Shown here: positions 60,260-64,000 of the stretch, one piece after another
Layout: each line of letters begins with the position of its first letter
How positions within the stretch are numbered: position 1 is the stretch's first letter
Origin: an uncultured Thermoplasmata archaeon
GTDB taxonomy: Archaea; Thermoplasmatota; Thermoplasmata; UBA10834
Direction: 5' to 3'
NCBI GenBank assembly: GCA_964644565.1
Contig: CAZXWO010000005.1
Span: 3,320 to 67,319 of the forward strand
Length of the DNA: 64,000 nucleotides
Notes under the pieces: generated by a model
What the model was told of the DNA's origin: nothing
Seen by the model: only the letters and a program-made list of their open reading frames with translations
The model's database searches: none
Translations under genes and position numbers: made by a program

Positions 60260-62245
60260 TTGAGACTCTCCCTCACAATCAAACTGGTAGCTGTGATGAT
60301 GGCCCTGGCCCTCGTGCCGATAATCGGGATCAGCATGATCTCCATCGAGGGGCTCAACGACACCAAGGGTGACGTCGAGGTCCTCTACTCGGAGAACCTC
60401 GTGGTGGTGTCCAAGATCGCCGCCGGGACCAGGACCCTCGCCAATGTGGAGAGCGACTTCCTACTGTCCTACACTTACTACGGTACCTCCGAGGGGTACG
60501 TTTACTACAACGATTACGTGAACGAACGTTCCAGCTTCTCGCAGTTCCTCACGACCTTCGATTCCACATACTCGTTCGAGGCGCTGCCGTCCATGGCCGA
60601 CATCATCACCAGCCAGGGGCGCGCGGACCTCCTCGACGACCAGGCGGACGTGTACGACACGGTCACCGCCGAGTGGACCGCCTTCACCACATATGTGGAC
60701 GAGACGAAGGGGTTCCTCGACGACGGACAGACCACTCTCGCACTCCAGTCCATGGAGAACGCGACCGAGAGCATGGACTCCCTGAACGACGGGATGGACA
60801 GCCTCATAGAGATATGCGTCGACGGCGCCGCCCTTATGGACGCCGTCGCGGCGGAGACCATGAAGCAGAGCTACTTCTGGACGCTCGTCGGCGGGACGTC
60901 CGTCGCGATCATAATCTCCGCGGCGGCCATGCTGCTGTCGGTCCTCGTGACAGGCCCCATCGTGCAGGTGTCGAAGGCCGCCAACAAGATTGCTGAGGGG
61001 GACTTCAGCACCCGCCTCGACATCAAGCCGAGCAAGGACGAGATTGGCGACCTGGTCATATCCATGAACATGCTCATCGACAACACCTCCCTGCCCCTCC
61101 AGAGCCTCACGGAGAGCGCCCAGGCCATCGCCGACGGCGACTTCACCAAGGACATCGATTTCGAGGGCAAGGGGGACCTCTCGAAACTGGTCAACAGCTT
61201 CAAGAGGATGAGGACGGCCCTCATCAAGCTGACCGAGCAGATACAGATCACCTCCAAGTCGCTCAGGGAGTCGTCGGCCATGCTGGCGGAGACCGCGAAA
61301 CACATGACCGATGCGACGCAGCAGGTCTCGTCCTCGATGACCCAGACGTCCAAGGGCGCGCAGATACAGGCCGCGAAGGTGGACGAGATGGTGAGGATGC
61401 TCGGTGAGCAGACCAAGGCAATATACGACGTCGTCCAGAGCTCGCAGAACGCAGCCAGGGCCTCGGAGGACGCCAGCGACGTGGCGCAGAGGGGCAGCAG
61501 GTCCGCCGAGGACGCGCTTCAGCGCATCAAGAGCCTCCTGAGGAGCGTCGAGGAGACGGCCGAGGCCATGAACCAGCTCACGAAGAAGTCCCAGGAGATA
61601 TCGCAGATCGTCATGATAATCAGCAACATAGCGCAGCAGACCAACCTCCTCTCGCTGAACGCCGCCATCGAGGCGGCGAGGGCCGGGGAGCACGGCAGGG
61701 GCTTCGCAGTCGTCGCGGACGAGGTCAGGAAGCTGGCGGAGGGGTCGAGGAAGGCCGCAGGCCAGATCCAGTCCCTCATCGAGTCCGTCGAGAAGGACAT
61801 CACCGACAGCACCCACAAGATGGACCAGACCCGCGTGAGCGTGTCCGAGGGGACGAGGACGGTCTCGGAGGCGCTGAAATCGCTCGAGGACATAGCCGCC
61901 ACGGTACAGGAGACCGCGGCGATGGTCCAGGAGATAAGCGCCTCGACGCAGGAGCAGAAGGCGCTGACCGAGAGCCTCGCCAGGAGCCTCGACGAGGTCG
62001 CCAGCATAGCGAACGAGACCTCCTCCTCGGCGGAGGAGGTCTCCGCATCGTCGGAGGAGGTGGCCGCAGGCATGGAGGAGCTCACCGCATCCGCGCAGGA
62101 CCTGGCCGACCTAGCGAACACCCTGAACAAGATCACTAAGAACCTCGCCACCATGGCCGCGACCACCGAGGTGAGGGCGCGCCGCGTCATGGCATCCCCC
62201 AATGAGGCCGAGGAGGAACCGGAAGAGCCCGAGAGGGGAGAATGA
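60260..62245 (+). CDS. Methyl-accepting chemotaxis protein (transmembrane, HAMP + MCP signalling domain)
   Basis: N-terminal TM ([25 protein letters not shown]), extracellular helical region, second TM, HAMP ([11 protein letters not shown]), and the conserved signalling hairpin [38 protein letters not shown]. Start set to in-frame TTG 60260 (ATG 60296 is an alternative) because of the TATA position. Confidence 0.9.
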   Translation: MRLSLTIKLVAVMMALALVPIIGISMISIEGLNDTKGDVEVLYSENLVVVSKIAAGTRTLANVESDFLLSYTYYGTSEGYVYYNDYVNERSSFSQFLTTFDSTYSFEALPSMADIITSQGRADLLDDQADVYDTVTAEWTAFTTYVDETKGFLDDGQTTLALQSMENATESMDSLNDGMDSLIEICVDGAALMDAVAAETMKQSYFWTLVGGTSVAIIISAAAMLLSVLVTGPIVQVSKAANKIAEGDFSTRLDIKPSKDEIGDLVISMNMLIDNTSLPLQSLTESAQAIADGDFTKDIDFEGKGDLSKLVNSFKRMRTALIKLTEQIQITSKSLRESSAMLAETAKHMTDATQQVSSSMTQTSKGAQIQAAKVDEMVRMLGEQTKAIYDVVQSSQNAARASEDASDVAQRGSRSAEDALQRIKSLLRSVEETAEAMNQLTKKSQEISQIVMIISNIAQQTNLLSLNAAIEAARAGEHGRGFAVVADEVRKLAEGSRKAAGQIQSLIESVEKDITDSTHKMDQTRVSVSEGTRTVSEALKSLEDIAATVQETAAMVQEISASTQEQKALTESLARSLDEVASIANETSSSAEEVSASSEEVAAGMEELTASAQDLADLANTLNKITKNLATMAATTEVRARRVMASPNEAEEEPEEPERGE

Positions 62246-62709
62246 TGGCGGCCCCGGAAGGCAGCCAGTACATCGTGTTCAAGCTGGGCAAGGAGGAGTA
62301 CGCCTTCGACATATCGGCGGTGAAGGAGATCAGGGACCTGGAGCAGGTGGCCAAGGTGCACCGGAGCCCCTCCTACATCGAGGGCGTGATGAACCTCCGC
62401 GGCAAGCTCGTGACCGTGGTCGACCTGAGGAGACGCCTGAGCATCGAGGCGAAGGCCCCTGACGACTCCTCGAAGATCGTTGTCGTGGAGGCCACCGACG
62501 CGCCGGTGGGGTTCCTCGTGGACGAGGTGACCGAGGTCGTGAGGGTCGGCAAGGGCGACATCGAGGCGGCCCCCACGTACGTCGCGGAGGGGATGGAGGC
62601 CGAGTACGTGACGGGCATCGCGAAGGTCGAGGACCGGCTCATCACCATAATCGACCCCGTCAAGATACTGGAGCTGTCGACGGACGACGGCCCAGGGAAA
62701 GGAGGATGA
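62242..62709 (+). CDS. cheW: Chemotaxis coupling protein CheW
   Basis: [22 protein letters not shown].......V...[22 protein letters not shown] overlap with the MCP stop. Confidence 0.92.
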   Translation: MMAAPEGSQYIVFKLGKEEYAFDISAVKEIRDLEQVAKVHRSPSYIEGVMNLRGKLVTVVDLRRRLSIEAKAPDDSSKIVVVEATDAPVGFLVDEVTEVVRVGKGDIEAAPTYVAEGMEAEYVTGIAKVEDRLITIIDPVKILELSTDDGPGKGG

Positions 62710-63080
62710 ATCGTTTGGCGACCGTGCTTGTGGTTGACGACTCTGAGTTCATGAGAAGGGTCCTTAAGAACATACTCGAGGGAGGAGGGCACAAGGTCCG
62801 CGAGGCCAGGAACGCCCAGGAGGCACTCGAGGTGTTCCGGAAGTTCGGCGCGGACGTGATCACCATGGACATAGTCATGCCCGACACCGACGGCATAGAG
62901 GCCGTCAAGCGCCTCAAGGACCAGGACAAGGACGTCAGGATCATCATGGTCTCCGCGCTGGGCCACCAGAAGACGGTCATGAGGGCCCTCGAGGCCGGTG
63001 CGATGGACTTTATCATGAAGCCCTTCACCTCGGACGACGTGCTGGAGTCCGTGAACGCGGTCCTCCAGCTGGGCCGCTGA
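62706..63080 (+). CDS. cheY: Chemotaxis response regulator CheY
   Basis: VLVVDDSEFMRR.L......G......A.N..EAL........D...MDI.MP..DG......L......II.MVSA.......A...GA.DF..KPF. ATGA overlap with the cheW stop. Confidence 0.92.
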   Translation: MNRLATVLVVDDSEFMRRVLKNILEGGGHKVREARNAQEALEVFRKFGADVITMDIVMPDTDGIEAVKRLKDQDKDVRIIMVSALGHQKTVMRALEAGAMDFIMKPFTSDDVLESVNAVLQLGR

Positions 63081-63090
63081 GGGGTGCCAG

Positions 63091-64000
63091 ATGACCGGTC
63101 CCGTCCGCGTTCTGATCGTAGACGACAGCGCATACATGCGCGTCGTCCTCAGGGACATGCTCCAGTCCGAGGAGGGCATGTCCGTGGTCGGGACCGCCAA
63201 GGACGGGCTGGAGGCCGTGTCCAAGGTCGCCTCCCTCAGGCCCGACGTCGTGCTCCTGGACATACAGATGCCCAAGATGGACGGGCTGGCGACCCTCCAG
63301 AGGATAATGAAGGAGTCGCCGACGCGTGTCGTGATGCTCAGCGCCATGAACAAGGTGGACGTGCAGCTGCCCCTGCGCGCGCTCGAGATGGGGGCCGTCG
63401 ACTTCATACCGAAGCCCAGCGGGCCCGTCTCCATAGACATCGTCAGGTTCAAGAAGGCCATAGCGGAACTGGTCAGGAGCGCCGCGTCAGCGCAGCTCGA
63501 CGTCGTGAAGAGGATGAGGGGCCCTATACACGTCAAGCACCTTGACGAGGCCAAGGCGCCCTCCCAGAGCTCGGACGCCAGGGCGGTCGTCATCGCGGCG
63601 TCGACCGGCGGGCCCAGGTCCCTCGAGACCGTCTTCGCCGCCCTGCCCCGGAACATCGGGGCGCCCATCCTCATCGTGCAGCACATACCGGCCGAGTTCT
63701 CCCCGTCCTTCGCGAAGCGCCTCGACTCCGCCAAGGGGCCGAGGGTGGTCCTCGCCACCGACGGGATGGTCATCGAACCGGGCAGGGCCTACCTGGCGCC
63801 AGGTGGCTACCACCTGAAGCTCGAGCGCAAGAGCAGGGGGAAGGTCGTGGCGAGGCTGGACGACGGCCCCCCGGTGCAGTTCGTCAAGCCGTCCGCCAAC
63901 GTGCTCTTCGAGAGCGCTGCGGCATGCTACGGCAAAGGCCTCCTCGGAGTCGTGCTGACGGGGATGGGCTCCGACGGGGCCCAGGGGGCCGTGGCGATAA
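63091..64000 (+). CDS. cheB: Chemotaxis response regulator protein-glutamate methylesterase CheB (partial, runs off the right edge)
   Basis: Hand translation from ATG 63091 is open to the window end: MTGPVRVLIVDDSAYMRVVLRDML...DIQMPKMDG (receiver), then AVVIAASTGGPRSLETVF..LP....PILIVQHIPAEFSPSFAKRL (CheB_methylest). It is absent from the ORF track because no stop falls inside the window. Confidence 0.9.
   Translation, partial: MTGPVRVLIVDDSAYMRVVLRDMLQSEEGMSVVGTAKDGLEAVSKVASLRPDVVLLDIQMPKMDGLATLQRIMKESPTRVVMLSAMNKVDVQLPLRALEMGAVDFIPKPSGPVSIDIVRFKKAIAELVRSAASAQLDVVKRMRGPIHVKHLDEAKAPSQSSDARAVVIAASTGGPRSLETVFAALPRNIGAPILIVQHIPAEFSPSFAKRLDSAKGPRVVLATDGMVIEPGRAYLAPGGYHLKLERKSRGKVVARLDDGPPVQFVKPSANVLFESAAACYGKGLLGVVLTGMGSDGAQGAVAI

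Noticed and set aside
1-64000. CRISPR arrays, transposases, integrases, prophage or plasmid genes, toxin-antitoxin pairs, restriction-modification or other recognisable defence systems.
   Set aside because: I found no regularly spaced direct repeats and no ORF with the corresponding motifs. The three tRNA genes are not flanked by integrase genes or direct repeats of their 3' ends that I could see.

Overview
GC-rich, gene-dense archaeal chromosome segment. Archaeal markers are FEN1, archaeal-type SAM synthetase, deoxyhypusine synthase, archaeal PheRS beta, archaeal PPAT and the thiolase/HMG-CoA synthase/DUF35 trio. The class II HMG-CoA reductase suggests a Thermoplasmata-like euryarchaeon, which is inference only. 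I call about 60 protein genes, 3 intron-less tRNAs (Ile-GAT, Ser-TGA, Leu-GAG) and no CRISPR array, transposase, integrase or prophage. Content in order: (1) FEN1, rpe, an MFS transporter and RNase Z. (2) A peptide/amino-acid cluster: DUF1028, OppD/OppF ATPases without a permease, a DmpA-type peptidase, an M20 peptidase, D-aminoacylase, DapF. (3) One minus-strand operon joining the mevalonate-entry trio to a two-subunit CoA-transferase and a GSA-aminomutase-like aminotransferase, divergent from lysine 2,3-aminomutase and SAM synthetase. (4) A 1,603-aa coiled-coil giant with a P-loop-less KaiC/RecA-like (DUF835-like) head, preceded by a double zinc-ribbon coiled-coil protein, and two translationally coupled KaiC-like ATPases 4 kb away. 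(5) PheT, a receiver-PAS-histidine kinase, two 8-Cys small paralogs, a PPAT-NTPase fusion, mevalonate kinase and an hmgA/prenol-kinase/P-loop-kinase operon. (6) CDF, CBS, deoxyhypusine synthase, a LeuB-like gene, a non-Pyl MttB homolog and an ilvB-N-C-(FAH)-ilvE operon. (7) A chemotaxis block, cheR divergent from MCP-cheW-cheY-cheB, with cheB running off the right edge and absent from the ORF track. The observations most worth follow-up are the giant coiled-coil/zinc-ribbon pair with the KaiC-like ATPases, two long highly structured non-coding regions (33.2-33.7 kb and 38.2-38.67 kb) of unresolved identity, a 28-codon Ile/Leu/Val-rich upstream ORF at the predicted transcription start of the ilv operon, the tandem 8-Cys proteins, and a possible beta-amino-acid feeder module on the HMG-CoA synthase operon. 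Many long ORFs in the track are high-GC or antisense artefacts and were rejected. All family assignments come from reading the translations; no searches were run.
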